Source: Burkholderiales bacterium
GTDB taxonomy: Bacteria > Pseudomonadota > Gammaproteobacteria > Burkholderiales > Burkholderiaceae_C
Length of the DNA: 64,000 bases
Direction of reading: 5' to 3'
NCBI GenBank assembly: GCA_025350145.1
Contig: JANXYH010000129.1
Coordinates: 3,573 to 67,572 of the forward strand
Shown here piece after piece: positions 18,938 through 29,239 of this stretch. The position numbers were made by a program, and so were the translations under genes. Numbering within the stretch: the first letter of the stretch is position 1; each line of letters starts with the position of its first letter. Under the pieces are notes generated by a model. That model saw only the letters and a list, made by a program, of their open reading frames with translations. It did no database searches and was not told where the DNA came from.

Positions 18938-19588
18938 TCAGCCTGTGGAAAGGGCGGCAAGCGTGGCCGGATCGCCGAGGCGGGCCTGCACCTGCTGCCA
19001 GACCTGCGCCCAGACTGCTGCGGCCGGCAGGTCGGCATCGATCCGAACCATGCGTTGCGGCGCCGCAGCCATCCGCGCCGCATAGCCGGCCGCGACCTGG
19101 GTGAAGAAGTGCAGGTCCTCGCGCTCAAGCCGGTCGGCGCTGCGCGCGGCGGCGCGGCGCTGCGCCGCCACCGCCGGCGGCAGGTCAAACCACAAGGTCA
19201 GGTCGGGTTGCCGGCCCTGCTGAACCCAGGCCTCGAGTTGCGTCAGGACCGCCAGCTCAGAGCCCCGTCCGGCGCCCTGGTAGGCGAAGGTGGCGTCGCT
19301 GAAACGGTCGCACAGCACCACGGCACCACGCGCCAGGGCCGGTGCGATCACCACCCGCAAATGGTCGCGCCGGGCAGCAAAGACCAGCAAGGCCTCGGTC
19401 AGCGCGTCCATGTCGTGGCTCAGGAACAGCGCCCGCAGCGCCTCGGCCAGTACCGTGCCGCCCGGCTCTCGGGTGACCACGGGCTCCTGCCCGCGTTGGC
19501 GCAGCGCCTCGGCCAGGGTCTCGATGTGGCTGGATTTGCCGGCCCCGTCTATGCCCTCGAAGCTGATGAAGTGCGCGGCTGCGCTCAT
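18938..19588 (-). CDS. tmk: thymidylate kinase
   Basis: 216 aa from ATG 19588 ([22 protein letters not shown]). Its ATG overlaps the mltG stop. Confidence 0.92.
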   Translation of the reverse strand: MSAAAHFISFEGIDGAGKSSHIETLAEALRQRGQEPVVTREPGGTVLAEALRALFLSHDMDALTEALLVFAARRDHLRVVIAPALARGAVVLCDRFSDATFAYQGAGRGSELAVLTQLEAWVQQGRQPDLTLWFDLPPAVAAQRRAAARSADRLEREDLHFFTQVAAGYAARMAAAPQRMVRIDADLPAAAVWAQVWQQVQARLGDPATLAALSTG

Positions 19589-20631
19589 GGTGGAGGGCTG
19601 GGCCTGGGGTTGTTCCGCTGGTACTGGTTCACGGCCCGATTGTGTGTCGCCAGATCGTTGCTGAAGGCGCTGCTGCCGTCGCCCCGGGCGACGAAATACA
19701 GCGCCCGGGTGGCCTCGGGCTTGACCGCAGCGCGCAGTGCGGCCAGCCCGGGCATGGCGATCGGGGTCGGCGGCAGGCCGCTGCGGGTGTAGGTGTTGAA
19801 GGGCGTGTCGGCGCGCAGGTCGCGGCTGCGCAGGCGGCCGGAAAAGCCCGTCCCCAGGCCGTAGACCACGCTCGGGTCGGTCTGCAGCGGCATGCCCAGG
19901 CGCAAACGGTTGATGAAGACGCCAGCCACCAGGCCGCGCTCGCCGGCCTGGCCGGTTTCCTTCTCGATGATCGAGGCCAGGGTCAGGGCCTCGCTCGCGT
20001 CGCGCAAGGGCAGGTCGGCCGACCGCTCGGCCCACACCGCCGCCAGCCGCTGCTGCATCGCCTGGGCGGCACGGCGCAGCACCGTCAGGTCGCTGACGCC
20101 ACGGCTGTAGACATAGGTGTCAGGAAAGAAGCGGCCCTCCGGCGCCACGCCTGGCAGGCCGATGGCGGCCATCAGTTCAGCGTCGCTCAGGGTGGCGCCG
20201 GTCTGTTGCATCCTGGGCGAACGCGCCAGGGCGGCGCGGCACTGCGACCAAGTCCAGCCCTCGATCAGGCGCAGCCGCTCCAGCGTCTCGTCACCCTGCA
20301 CCATCTTAGCCAGCAGGCCGCGTGGCGTGATCCCGGCCTCGAGCGCATAGCTGCCGGCGCGAATGCGTCTGGCCAGGCCGGACCAGCGAAACCAGTGGTA
20401 CAGCGCCCAACTCGGCGCCCGCACACCGGCGTCTACCCAAGCCTGCGCCACCTCGCGCGGCGAGGTGCCGGGCTCGATCGACAGCTCCACCCTGGGCGAG
20501 GCCAGCGGCAGCGCGCTGTGCAGCCAGGCGGCAACGCCCGCAGCCGCCAGAGCCAGCGCCACCAACAGCAGCACGATCGCGTACTTGCCTGCCCGCCGCC
20601 AGGCGCCCGGCTGGACCTGCCGCTGGCTCAT
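19585..20631 (-). CDS. mltG: endolytic murein transglycosylase MltG (YceG)
   Basis: 348 aa. It has an N-terminal TM helix and the YceG-like motifs ASIIEKE and YNTY. Confidence 0.9.
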   Translation of the reverse strand: MSQRQVQPGAWRRAGKYAIVLLLVALALAAAGVAAWLHSALPLASPRVELSIEPGTSPREVAQAWVDAGVRAPSWALYHWFRWSGLARRIRAGSYALEAGITPRGLLAKMVQGDETLERLRLIEGWTWSQCRAALARSPRMQQTGATLSDAELMAAIGLPGVAPEGRFFPDTYVYSRGVSDLTVLRRAAQAMQQRLAAVWAERSADLPLRDASEALTLASIIEKETGQAGERGLVAGVFINRLRLGMPLQTDPSVVYGLGTGFSGRLRSRDLRADTPFNTYTRSGLPPTPIAMPGLAALRAAVKPEATRALYFVARGDGSSAFSNDLATHNRAVNQYQRNNPRPSPPP

Positions 20632-20741
20632 CCGGCAGCGCCCAGGCTGCGGCTAGAGCGGTGGCGCGAACAGGCGTTGCGGGCTTGGAACAAGGGCACG
20701 GGAGAGGCACGGACTACAAGGGCGGTGATGATAATTGCGCC

Positions 20742-21695
20742 ATGAACGACACCACCTTGCCCACGCCAGCGCCGCTCGATGGCGCTGTCCGCCTCAGCGA
20801 TTGGGGGCTGATCTGCGCCCAGGGGCCGGACGCCGCCAGCTTCCTGCAAGGGCAGTTGACCCAGGACCTGCTGCAGTGGCCGGCCGGCCAGGCCCGGCTG
20901 GCCGGCTTTTGCTCGCCCAAGGGCCGGCTGCTGGCCAGCTTTGTGGTCTGGCGCGACCCTGCGCTGGCCGACACCTTCTACCTGGCCTGCAGCGCCGACC
21001 TGCTGGCGGCCACGCTCAAGCGCCTGGGCATGTTCGTGCTGCGCGCCAAGTGCCGCCTCAGCGACGCGAGCCCGGCCTGGTCACTCTGGGGCCTGGCCGG
21101 CGGCGCGGCGGTCGCCGCCTGGGGCCAGGCGCTGCCCCGAGCCGACTGGACGGCAGCACCTGCTGCGGGCGGGCAGATGGTCTGCCTGCCGGCCGCGGCC
21201 GGCCAATCGCGCGCCCTGCTGGCCCTGCCGGCGGACGCGCCGCCGCTGGCGCTGCCGGCACTGGCCATGGCCGATTGGCACTGGCTGGAGGCGCGCAGCG
21301 GCGTTGCCCGCATCGTCGCCGCCACCGCCGACCGGTTCGTGCCGCAGATGGTCAATTTCGAGTTGACCGGCGGCGTCAGCTTCGACAAGGGCTGCTATCC
21401 CGGGCAAGAGGTGGTGGCGCGCAGCCAGTACCGCGGCACCCTCAAACGCCGGGCGATGGTGTTCGATGCCGAGCATGACCTGGCGCCCGGCCTGGAGGTG
21501 TTCCACAGTGCCGACCCGGGCCAGCCGGCCGGCATGGTGGCCCTGGCCGGCCGGCGCAGTGGCGGCGGTGAGTCGGCGGCGCTGGTCGAAATCAAGCTCG
21601 CCGCCTTGGCCGATGGCAGCCTGCACGCAGGCGCCGCCGACGGGCCGCTGCTGCGCCCGCTGCCGCTGCCCTACCCCCTGCCCAGCCCGGCCTGA
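20742..21695 (+). CDS. ygfZ: folate-binding Fe-S cluster repair/tRNA-modification protein YgfZ
   Basis: 317 aa from ATG 20742. It carries the signature KGCYPGQEVVAR. Confidence 0.85.
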   Translation: MNDTTLPTPAPLDGAVRLSDWGLICAQGPDAASFLQGQLTQDLLQWPAGQARLAGFCSPKGRLLASFVVWRDPALADTFYLACSADLLAATLKRLGMFVLRAKCRLSDASPAWSLWGLAGGAAVAAWGQALPRADWTAAPAAGGQMVCLPAAAGQSRALLALPADAPPLALPALAMADWHWLEARSGVARIVAATADRFVPQMVNFELTGGVSFDKGCYPGQEVVARSQYRGTLKRRAMVFDAEHDLAPGLEVFHSADPGQPAGMVALAGRRSGGGESAALVEIKLAALADGSLHAGAADGPLLRPLPLPYPLPSPA

Positions 21696-21704
21696 GTCAG
21701 GGCC

Positions 21705-22010
21705 ATGGCCATGGCCGGCGGCGTGCGCCTGTTCGTCTACTACCGGGTGCCACTGGCGCAACTGCCGGCCTTGGTCGACCTGGTCACAGCGATGCAGGCC
21801 GAGCTGCGGCGCAGCCTGCCCGGGCTGACGGCCGAGCTGATGCGCCGGCCTGGCGCGGCCGACGGCCTGGTCATGTTGATGGAGGTCTACCGCCATCCGG
21901 CGGGCGCAGACGACGCGGTCGAGGCCGCAGTCAACGCGGCGGCGGCTGGCTTGTCGGGCCTGATCGCCGGCCAGCGCCAAACCGAGCGCTTCGTGCCGCT
22001 GCAGGCCTGA
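21705..22010 (+). CDS. small conserved protein (DUF4936-like)
   Basis: 101 aa. The LFVYYRV...ELMRRP...MEVY...ERF pattern is recalled for DUF4936. The family name is from memory. Confidence 0.55.
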   Translation: MAMAGGVRLFVYYRVPLAQLPALVDLVTAMQAELRRSLPGLTAELMRRPGAADGLVMLMEVYRHPAGADDAVEAAVNAAAAGLSGLIAGQRQTERFVPLQA

Positions 22011-22089
22011 CCCGGCCAAAGCCGCCGGGCCATCGAAAAACCTGCCCGCAGAGTTGCCCACCGCGCCGCACGCTGCCAGCGCAGCGGCG

Positions 22090-22116
22090 GGCCGACGCAG
22101 GCTGCGTGCGTCGGCC
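22090..22116. terminator. 10-bp perfect hairpin between convergent genes
   Basis: ggccgacgca-ggctgcg-tgcgtcggcc, 12 nt after the TonB-receptor stop. There is no U-tract on either strand, so terminator function is uncertain. Confidence 0.3.
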
Positions 22117-22127
22117 ATCTGAGCGGA

Positions 22128-24800
22128 TCAGAAGCTGGCGTAGGACAGCTTCAGCCCAAAGGTGCGCGGCGACGCGGCGCTGGCCTGCAACGCGCCACCG
22201 CCGCCCCAGACGAAGCGGGTGAAGGTCTGCTTGTCGCTGAAGTTGTCGACGAAACCCTGCACCGTGAACTGCGGGTTGACGCGCCAACTGAGCTTGAAGT
22301 CGCCCTTGACATAGCTGGGCTGGTACTCGAGCACCGAGTTGGTCGGCTGGCCGTAGAAGCCGCCGGAGTAGGTGGCGACCAGGATAGGCGTGAGCGTGCC
22401 GCCGCCTGCCAGCGCGATGTCATAGCGCACGAAGACCGAGCCCTGTGACTTGGGCGAATAGGGCAGGCGTTTGCCGGACAGATCGCAGCCGAACGCCGCC
22501 GCAGGTTGGCCCGTGCCGCCCGTGCCCGGTACCACGCCGCAGTTGTAGCCAGGGGCATAGATGCGGCGCTGCCCGATCGGCGCGATGACGATGCCGTTGG
22601 CGTCGGTCTGCGGCGCCACCGAGGTCGAGTCGGCCACCAGGATCGAGGTGCCGAAAGGCAAAGCCACGTCAGGGAAGCTGGTGTACTTGGCATCGAGCAG
22701 CGAGAGTGTTCCGCCGAGCGAGAACGACTTGCTCTGGCGCCACTCGGCCTCGGCCTCGAAGCCGTTGGACTTGGCCTTGGCGGCGTTGAAGACGACCGAC
22801 ACCGTGCTCGCACCGACCGGCACCTGGCGCTGTTCCTGCAAGTTGGTGTACTGGTTGGCGAAGGCCGCGAGGTTGAGCTGCAGCGTGTTGCCGTAGAAGC
22901 GGTTCTTTGAGCCGATTTCGAATGCCGTCACTTCCTCGGGTTTGAAAGTGCGCAGCGACTCGAGCGCCTGGCCCGAGTTGAAGCCACCCGAGCGAAAGCC
23001 GGTAGACACCGAGGCATAGAGCAACTGGGCGTTGTTGATGCGGTAGTCCAGTGCCAGTTTGCCGGTGGTCTTGCTGAAGGTGGCGTCGGTGTAGGTCGCG
23101 CCGGTGACGGTGTTGGTGCCGGCCAGGCAGTTGAAACCCGGCTGGGCGTTCGAGCCAGTGCAGTTGGTGTTGCCCAGGCTGCCGAATGCGGCATCGGCCG
23201 GCAGCGGCGTGGTCAGCGTGATCAGAGTGCCGTCAGGCGCCCCCGCGCCGTTGAGCGGCAGCACCGAATTGGCATTGGCGAACTTGAACGACTTCTTGTC
23301 GCGGGTGTAGCGCGCGCCGGCGGTGAGGGTGACGTCGTCGCTGGCCTTGAAGTTGAGCTGACCATAGATGGCGGTCGAGGCCGTCTTGGGTGTCTGCAGG
23401 TCATAGAAGCCGGCGCCGTTTTGTGCCAGCGTCAGCGGCGTCGCCAGCGCGTCGGAGCGGATCGTGCGCGGCACCTGCTGGTTGATGAACAGCCCCGTCA
23501 AATCGTCCTTGAAGAAGTACAGCCCGGCCACGTAGCCCAGCGGCCCGGCGCCCTCGGACAGCACCTGGAACTCCTGCGAGAAGGTCTTGGCTGCGGTCTT
23601 CTGGTAGTCATAGCCGATGGTCGAGGACGAGAAGTCGGTGTCCGAAGAGCGCCCTGACGAGAAGTCGGCGTAGCCGGTGATCGACTTCAGGGTCATGGTC
23701 GGCAGCTTCCAGCTCAGGTCGGCTGAGAAATTGCTGTCGCGGGTTGTCAAGAAGGTGGCGTATTCGGTGTTGATGCGGCTGAAGTCGCCGGGCCGGTACA
23801 GCGGGATGCCGAGATCCACGCCGGTGCCCACAGCGCTGGTGCCGGTGCCCGCCCCGGCGCCTTGGGTGCGGGTGCAGTCGTTGACGCCGTCGCGGTTGCC
23901 ACCGCGGGTGTTGAGGGTGGTCAGCGGCGTGGCGTTGAACAACTGCTGGCACGACGCGCCGTGCAGGTAGCTGCCGATCAGCTTGTAGCCAAAGGCCGAG
24001 CCGCCATTGCCGCCCTGGCTGGTGTAGTCGGCACGCAGCACAGCCTCGAAATCCTTGGCCGGCTGGAACCTGACCGAGGCGCGCAGAAACTTCAGGTCGC
24101 GGTCGAAGACACCGGCGCTGGGGTTGAAATCGTTCTTCACCCAGGGGTCGGCCTTCTCGGCGGCTGCGGCAATGCGCAGCGCTGCGGTCTGGCCCAGCGG
24201 CAGGTTGACCGCACCCTCGGTGCGGAAGCGGTTGAAGTTGCCGGCACCGATGCTGCCGCTGACTTCGCTGGAGCCAAATTCAGGCGCGATGGTGGAGATG
24301 GCGATGTTGCCGCCAAAGGTATTGCGGCCAAACAGCGTGCCCTGCGGCCCGCGCTGGATTTCGACCCGACCGATGTCCACGAAACCCAGCATCGCCTGCT
24401 GGGCGCGCGACTTGTAGATGCCATCGACGAAGTAGCCGATGGTGGTGTCGGCATTGACTGCGACGTTTTCAGTGCGGACGCCGCGAATCGCCGGCCGGGC
24501 ATCGACACCCGAGCGGCCGAAGGTGAAGCCTGCCGACAGGCTTTCCATCTGCGACAGGTCGGTCACGTTGCGCTCGGCCAGGGTCTGGCTGCCGATGGCG
24601 GTGACAGAGACGCTGACCTTCTGTGCGTCTTCGAGCCGGCGGTTGGCGGTAACGGCGATGCTCTGGATCTGGCCGCTGTCGGGCGCAGTCGCCGAAGACT
24701 GGGCTTGCGCCAGCGCGCCGGTGGGCGGGCTCAGGATGGCGAAGGCGCCGAAGGCCAGTGCCAGGCGCTGTGACAGGCGGGTGCGGTGGAAGTCAGGCAT
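22128..24800 (-). CDS. TonB-dependent outer-membrane receptor
   Basis: About 890 aa from ATG 24800 (TTG 24812 is possible). It has a signal peptide, a plug domain (LSAGFTFGRSG..RGV) and a C-terminal ...LKLSYASF. Confidence 0.9.
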   Translation of the reverse strand: MPDFHRTRLSQRLALAFGAFAILSPPTGALAQAQSSATAPDSGQIQSIAVTANRRLEDAQKVSVSVTAIGSQTLAERNVTDLSQMESLSAGFTFGRSGVDARPAIRGVRTENVAVNADTTIGYFVDGIYKSRAQQAMLGFVDIGRVEIQRGPQGTLFGRNTFGGNIAISTIAPEFGSSEVSGSIGAGNFNRFRTEGAVNLPLGQTAALRIAAAAEKADPWVKNDFNPSAGVFDRDLKFLRASVRFQPAKDFEAVLRADYTSQGGNGGSAFGYKLIGSYLHGASCQQLFNATPLTTLNTRGGNRDGVNDCTRTQGAGAGTGTSAVGTGVDLGIPLYRPGDFSRINTEYATFLTTRDSNFSADLSWKLPTMTLKSITGYADFSSGRSSDTDFSSSTIGYDYQKTAAKTFSQEFQVLSEGAGPLGYVAGLYFFKDDLTGLFINQQVPRTIRSDALATPLTLAQNGAGFYDLQTPKTASTAIYGQLNFKASDDVTLTAGARYTRDKKSFKFANANSVLPLNGAGAPDGTLITLTTPLPADAAFGSLGNTNCTGSNAQPGFNCLAGTNTVTGATYTDATFSKTTGKLALDYRINNAQLLYASVSTGFRSGGFNSGQALESLRTFKPEEVTAFEIGSKNRFYGNTLQLNLAAFANQYTNLQEQRQVPVGASTVSVVFNAAKAKSNGFEAEAEWRQSKSFSLGGTLSLLDAKYTSFPDVALPFGTSILVADSTSVAPQTDANGIVIAPIGQRRIYAPGYNCGVVPGTGGTGQPAAAFGCDLSGKRLPYSPKSQGSVFVRYDIALAGGGTLTPILVATYSGGFYGQPTNSVLEYQPSYVKGDFKLSWRVNPQFTVQGFVDNFSDKQTFTRFVWGGGGALQASAASPRTFGLKLSYASF

Positions 24801-24903
24801 GGGCGGTCTCAATGGTTGAACGCTGGGGGTAGTTCAGGCGTCGTCGGTGTCGGTTGGGCAGAGGCGGTCTGGCGGCCGCAGTTTGCAGTCCAGTCTGCGG
24901 CTT

Positions 24904-24917
24904 TGCAAGCGTATGCA
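24904..24917. promoter_or_regulatory. LacI-type operator half-conserved copy (TGCAAGCGTATGCA)
   Basis: 12/14 match to the perfect palindrome at 31706, about 100 nt upstream of the TonB-receptor start. Confidence 0.4.
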
Positions 24918-25075
24918 ACGCCTATGCACGCGTCCTAGGTAAAACACTTAGGGCTGGCGCCCGCAGTGTTGCGCGGGGTTGACGAAAACCGGGCTGCGCG
25001 ACCCCCAAGCACGGGTTCAAGGGCCCGACACAGCCGGCCGCGCCGCCGATGCCCCGTTGGCCACCCGGCCTGTGC

Positions 25076-25906
25076 TCAACCCTTGATCGCGCCTTGCGTC
25101 AAGCCCGAGACAATCTGCTTCTGGAAGATGGCCACGAGCACGATCAGCGGCAGGGTGATGCTCACCGCGCCGGCCACGCCCTGCATCAGCAGCGCCTCGC
25201 TCTCGGCGCCGATGGCGTTGGCAATCGCCGCCGGCATGGTCATTTTCTCGGCATTGGTCAGGGCCGAGCTGAGCAGGAAATCGTTGTAGGCGAGCAAGAA
25301 GCTGAACAGGCCGGTGGTGACGACCCCGGGCCACATCACCGGCACGATGACGCGGTGAAAAGCCTGAAAGCGGGTGCAGCCATCGACCATCGCCGCCTCG
25401 TCCAACTCTTGCGGGATGCTGGCAAAGAAGGCCCGCAGCATCCAGATCGTGAATGGCTGGTTGATCGCCACCAGCACAAAGATCAGCGTGAAATAGCTGT
25501 TGCGGATGCCGAGCGCGTCAAAGATGGTGAAGAAGGACGGCAGCAGGGTCGAATGCGGTAGCGCGCGGAACACCAGCGCCATCAGCAGCAGCCAGAAGCC
25601 GATCGCGCCGCGGTAGCGCGACAGCGCATAGCCGGCCAGGCAGCCGACGCTGAGCGAGATCGTGACCGTGCCCAGCGTCACCACGGCGGTGTTGAGGAAG
25701 TTGCGGTAAAAGGCCTTGTCTATCCACAGCCGGCTGTAGTTCTCGAGCGTGAACGGGGCAAGCCATTTGACCGGCGAGGCGAAGGCGTCGACATACTGGC
25801 GAAACGAGATGATGGCGGTCCAGACGACCGGCAGGCAGGCCAGCAACAGCCAAAGCACCAGGGCGGTCCAGCTCAACAGGCGCAGCGGCAGTGGCAGGTG
25901 TTTCAT
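25076..25906 (-). CDS. carbohydrate-type (CUT1) ABC transporter permease
   Basis: 276 aa. MalG-like 6-TM pattern with an EAA-like loop (DEAAMVDGCTRFQAF). Confidence 0.9.
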   Translation of the reverse strand: MKHLPLPLRLLSWTALVLWLLLACLPVVWTAIISFRQYVDAFASPVKWLAPFTLENYSRLWIDKAFYRNFLNTAVVTLGTVTISLSVGCLAGYALSRYRGAIGFWLLLMALVFRALPHSTLLPSFFTIFDALGIRNSYFTLIFVLVAINQPFTIWMLRAFFASIPQELDEAAMVDGCTRFQAFHRVIVPVMWPGVVTTGLFSFLLAYNDFLLSSALTNAEKMTMPAAIANAIGAESEALLMQGVAGAVSITLPLIVLVAIFQKQIVSGLTQGAIKG

Positions 25907-25907
25907 C

Positions 25908-26912
25908 TCAGCGGCGTTGCTCGCGCCAGGTCTTGACCAGCAGGGGCACCAGCAGCACCAGGATGCCGACGATCGTGAGCACCGACGCCGCGCTGGCCTT
26001 GTACGGGTTGTTCTCCTGCATCAGGATGTGGTAGGTCAGGTACTGAACGCTGGTCGTGAACGCACCTTGGGTCAGCACCAGCACCGGCTCGAACACGCGG
26101 TAGGCATCCATCCAGTGGATCAGGGTGATGAACACCAGCAGCGGCGACAGGTGCGGAAGCGTCACGAAGCGCAGCCGCTGCCAGCGGTTGGCGCCGTCGA
26201 TGGTGGCGGCTTCCAGCGCGTCCTGCGGCACCGACTGCAGCCCGGCGTAGAGCACGATGAAAGCAAACGGCGCGACATGCCAGATGCCGTAGACGATGAT
26301 CAAGAGCTGCGCCGACCAGGCCTGCGCCATCCAGTACACCTGGATGCCCAGGCCCGACAGCAGGTAGGGCACCAGGCCGTTGTCGCGGAACAGCCATTTG
26401 ATCGACAGCGCGCCCACCACCGGGGTGATGATGAAGGGCAGCAGCGAGGCGGCGATGAAGGCGCCCTTGAGCCGCTGCGTCAGTTGGCTGGTGGCCAGCG
26501 CCAGGCCCAGGCCGATGCCGAGCACAAACGGCGTCGTGACCAGGGTGTAGAGCAGGGTGAAGCGCAGCGCGGCGCCAAACTCATTGTTGACCGGCGTCGC
26601 TGCGGGCGCAGCAGCGCCGGGCTCGGGTGGCGCCGCCTCAGCCGCCCGGTCCAGCCCCAGCACCTTGCGGAAGTAGGCCAGGCCGACGTAGCCGCATTGC
26701 TCGATCGCCTGACCGTCAGGCCCCAGCTTGACGCGCTGCGTGCTCACCTCCTGGCTGCCGAAAGGGCCCGACTGTTGCTCGGTCACCATCTCCATCGCCG
26801 GCGCGCAATGGCGCACCGACAGGTAGAGCGTGATCGCCAGCGGCAGCGCCAGCAGGACGAGCATCAGCGCGACCGAGGGGCCGACGAAGCGAAGGAAGCT
26901 GCCGGTCTTCAT
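25908..26912 (-). CDS. carbohydrate-type (CUT1) ABC transporter permease
   Basis: About 334 aa from ATG 26912. MalF-like, with the loop EAATIDGANRWQRLRFVTLP. Confidence 0.88.
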   Translation of the reverse strand: MKTGSFLRFVGPSVALMLVLLALPLAITLYLSVRHCAPAMEMVTEQQSGPFGSQEVSTQRVKLGPDGQAIEQCGYVGLAYFRKVLGLDRAAEAAPPEPGAAAPAATPVNNEFGAALRFTLLYTLVTTPFVLGIGLGLALATSQLTQRLKGAFIAASLLPFIITPVVGALSIKWLFRDNGLVPYLLSGLGIQVYWMAQAWSAQLLIIVYGIWHVAPFAFIVLYAGLQSVPQDALEAATIDGANRWQRLRFVTLPHLSPLLVFITLIHWMDAYRVFEPVLVLTQGAFTTSVQYLTYHILMQENNPYKASAASVLTIVGILVLLVPLLVKTWREQRR

Positions 26913-26929
26913 GCCTGCCGCGCCATAGC

Positions 26930-28183
26930 CTACTGGATGAAGCCCTTTTCCGTCGCCGCCTGGGTGTAGGCAGCGGCGGCGGCGTCCAGCGCCTCCTTGG
27001 CGCTGATCTTGCCGGACAGCGCCTCGGGCAGCAGCTTGCCGATCTCGCCATTGGCCAGGGCGAAGTACGGCTCGGTCGGCCACACCGGCGCACCGGCTTT
27101 GGCCGAGGCGACCACGCCGCCGCCAAAGCGTGTCGGCCGGTAGCTGCTGCGGACCCAGATCGCGCTGTCGTTGCCGGCCGCGGTGGCGTCTTCATCGAGC
27201 GCGCCCATCAGCACCTGGAACACCGCGTCACGGTCGCCGGCCAGGTTCTTGGGCATCACCACGCCGTCCCACCACAGGTGGGTCGCGCTCTTGCCACCGG
27301 GCATGACCGCCGGGGCGGCGACGAAAGCCATCTTGCCGACCACCTTGGAGGCAGCGGCATCGTCCATGCGCGCGGCGCGGCTGGCCCAGAGCACGCCCAT
27401 CGCCGCCTTGCCCTGCTGGAACTGGTTCATCACGTCGTCGGTGTTCGATGCCAGCGCGTTGGGCGTCATATAGGGCAGCATCGACTTCATCAGCTCGATC
27501 GCCTTGACGCCCGCCGCATCATTGAACGCCGGCCGGGCCGAGCCGGGCTTGAAATAGTGGCCGCCGAAGCCGACGAACATGTTGCTGAATTCGGTGGCGC
27601 TGTCGAAACCCTTGGCGAAGGTCTGGGCGATAGGGAACTCGATGCCCGGCTCCTTGGCTTTCAAGGTGGCCGCGGCTTGCAGCATCTCGGCATAGCTGGC
27701 GGGCGCCTTCAGACCGTGCTTGTCGAACAGGTCCTTGCGGTAATACAGGTTCTGCGCGTTCTGCATGAAGGCGATGGCCATGACCTCGCCGTTGACGCGG
27801 ATGAGCATCCGCTCTTCGAGCTTGTAGCGCTCGCGGTACTTGGCGACCAGGTCGGTCAGCGGCTGCAACTGGCCCTTGCTCTGCAGGTTGCCGTACACCC
27901 CCATGGACACCACGGCGGCATCGAACGGCGACTTGCCTGACGAGGCAAAGGCCTGCTCCGTCTCGGTCCCCGCCTGTGGCGTCATCTTGAAAGCGATCTT
28001 CAAGCCCTGGTGCTGGCACGCCGCCATTTCTTTGGCGATGTGCTGCAGCGCCGGAAACGAGTTGCCGATGATGTTGATCTCGCCCTTGCCGTTGAGCTTG
28101 GCGCATTTGGCGCCGGCTGCGCCGCTGGCCAGAAGGGTGGCGGCAAGGGCGATGGCAGCAAGCGTGGTTCGGGACGGTTTCAT
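26930..28183 (-). CDS. ABC transporter extracellular solute-binding protein (family 1)
   Basis: 417 aa with a signal peptide (AAIALAATLLASGAAGA). First gene of a 3-gene transporter unit that has no ATPase gene. Confidence 0.9.
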   Translation of the reverse strand: MKPSRTTLAAIALAATLLASGAAGAKCAKLNGKGEINIIGNSFPALQHIAKEMAACQHQGLKIAFKMTPQAGTETEQAFASSGKSPFDAAVVSMGVYGNLQSKGQLQPLTDLVAKYRERYKLEERMLIRVNGEVMAIAFMQNAQNLYYRKDLFDKHGLKAPASYAEMLQAAATLKAKEPGIEFPIAQTFAKGFDSATEFSNMFVGFGGHYFKPGSARPAFNDAAGVKAIELMKSMLPYMTPNALASNTDDVMNQFQQGKAAMGVLWASRAARMDDAAASKVVGKMAFVAAPAVMPGGKSATHLWWDGVVMPKNLAGDRDAVFQVLMGALDEDATAAGNDSAIWVRSSYRPTRFGGGVVASAKAGAPVWPTEPYFALANGEIGKLLPEALSGKISAKEALDAAAAAYTQAATEKGFIQ

Positions 28184-28273
28184 GGTGTGGCCCTTGGCAA
28201 TGTCGGTGTTTGAGCGCGCTGGCAGGCGCTGACCCAGCGCTTGGCAACGTCGATGGATCGGCCCCGGGCCATC

Positions 28274-29239
28274 TCAGTGGCTGCCCTTGGCGGGCTCGAG
28301 GATCTGCATCCACAGCGCCACCTCATCGAGCAGCACCCACTCGCGCACGACCCGGCCGTGTTCGACCTCGGCGTGCGAGATGCCCAGCAGTTCGACGCCC
28401 CTGCCGCTGGCCGCGCCGAAGCGGCCGCCGCCGTCGTGCCGCGCCCGCAATCGCCAGCGCATCGCGATGGCGCTGGCGCGGCCCGGGCGCGCCGACGCGC
28501 AGAGGTGCTCGATGCTCAGGCTGGCCTGCGCCAGAGCCTCAGGCCAGGCCGACCACCAGCCCTGCAGCGCGGCCAAGCCGACGCAGGCCTGGCCGCCGGG
28601 CAACTGCGCGATCACGTCGGCGGCATGGCTGGCCGCCAGCGCGCCGGGGCCGGCGCCGGTCCAGAGCGCGCGCAGGCTCTCGGCGTAGGCCGCGGCAATG
28701 CCGTTGTGGTCGACGATTGAGCGGTACGGCGACGGCGCCGCCGGCATGGCCGGCTTGCAGTAGCCGCCCCGGGCATCGAGCCAGCGCTGGGCCAGATCGC
28801 GCTCATGCTGCCCGGTCTGGCGGGCAATCGCCGACTGGTCGCGCACCAGCCACTCGTGGACGATGCGGTTGCCGATGCATACGCAATCCGCCACCGTTCT
28901 CGCGACCACCGGCTTGCCGCTGGGCGCGCCGAAAGCACCGTGGCCGGCATGCGTCATCGGGCTGAGGATGCGGTGCGAGGAGAGGTAACCGCCTTGGGCA
29001 TCGCCTGAAATGATGATGTCCTCGGCGAGCAGGCGCCGATCGGGAAATGCCACCAGGGTGGCGCGGGTGCCGGCGATTACCGCGTCCACGCCCAGGCTGA
29101 CATCGCCAGGCGTCTCGACAGCGCAGTCGGCGCTGTAGTAGCGGCGGATGTCGTCGAGGCGGCGGCCCTCCCAGATCCGCTCAGTGATGACGCGGATGTA
29201 GTCCTCGATGCTGCTGAATTCCGGATCAAAGCCTTGCAT
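28274..29239 (-). CDS. tandem SnoaL-like / ester-cyclase (NTF2-fold) protein
   Basis: 321 aa. It has two repeats of the ...W..R....I..YY..D pattern typical of SnoaL-like cyclases. Its ATG overlaps the lacI-family gene end by 14 nt. Confidence 0.65.
   Translation of the reverse strand: MQGFDPEFSSIEDYIRVITERIWEGRRLDDIRRYYSADCAVETPGDVSLGVDAVIAGTRATLVAFPDRRLLAEDIIISGDAQGGYLSSHRILSPMTHAGHGAFGAPSGKPVVARTVADCVCIGNRIVHEWLVRDQSAIARQTGQHERDLAQRWLDARGGYCKPAMPAAPSPYRSIVDHNGIAAAYAESLRALWTGAGPGALAASHAADVIAQLPGGQACVGLAALQGWWSAWPEALAQASLSIEHLCASARPGRASAIAMRWRLRARHDGGGRFGAASGRGVELLGISHAEVEHGRVVREWVLLDEVALWMQILEPAKGSH

Noticed and set aside
17785-19188. 467-aa ORF, and the 386-aa and 354-aa plus-strand ORFs over holB/tmk
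   Set aside because: These are shadow ORFs. holB and tmk motifs occupy the chosen frames.
22011-22127. Clear Rho-independent terminators here and at other convergent gene ends (5036..5054, 39271..39294, 44112..44135)
   Set aside because: GC-rich hairpins exist, but none is followed by a U-tract. Only the 10-bp hairpin at 22090 is listed, at low confidence.
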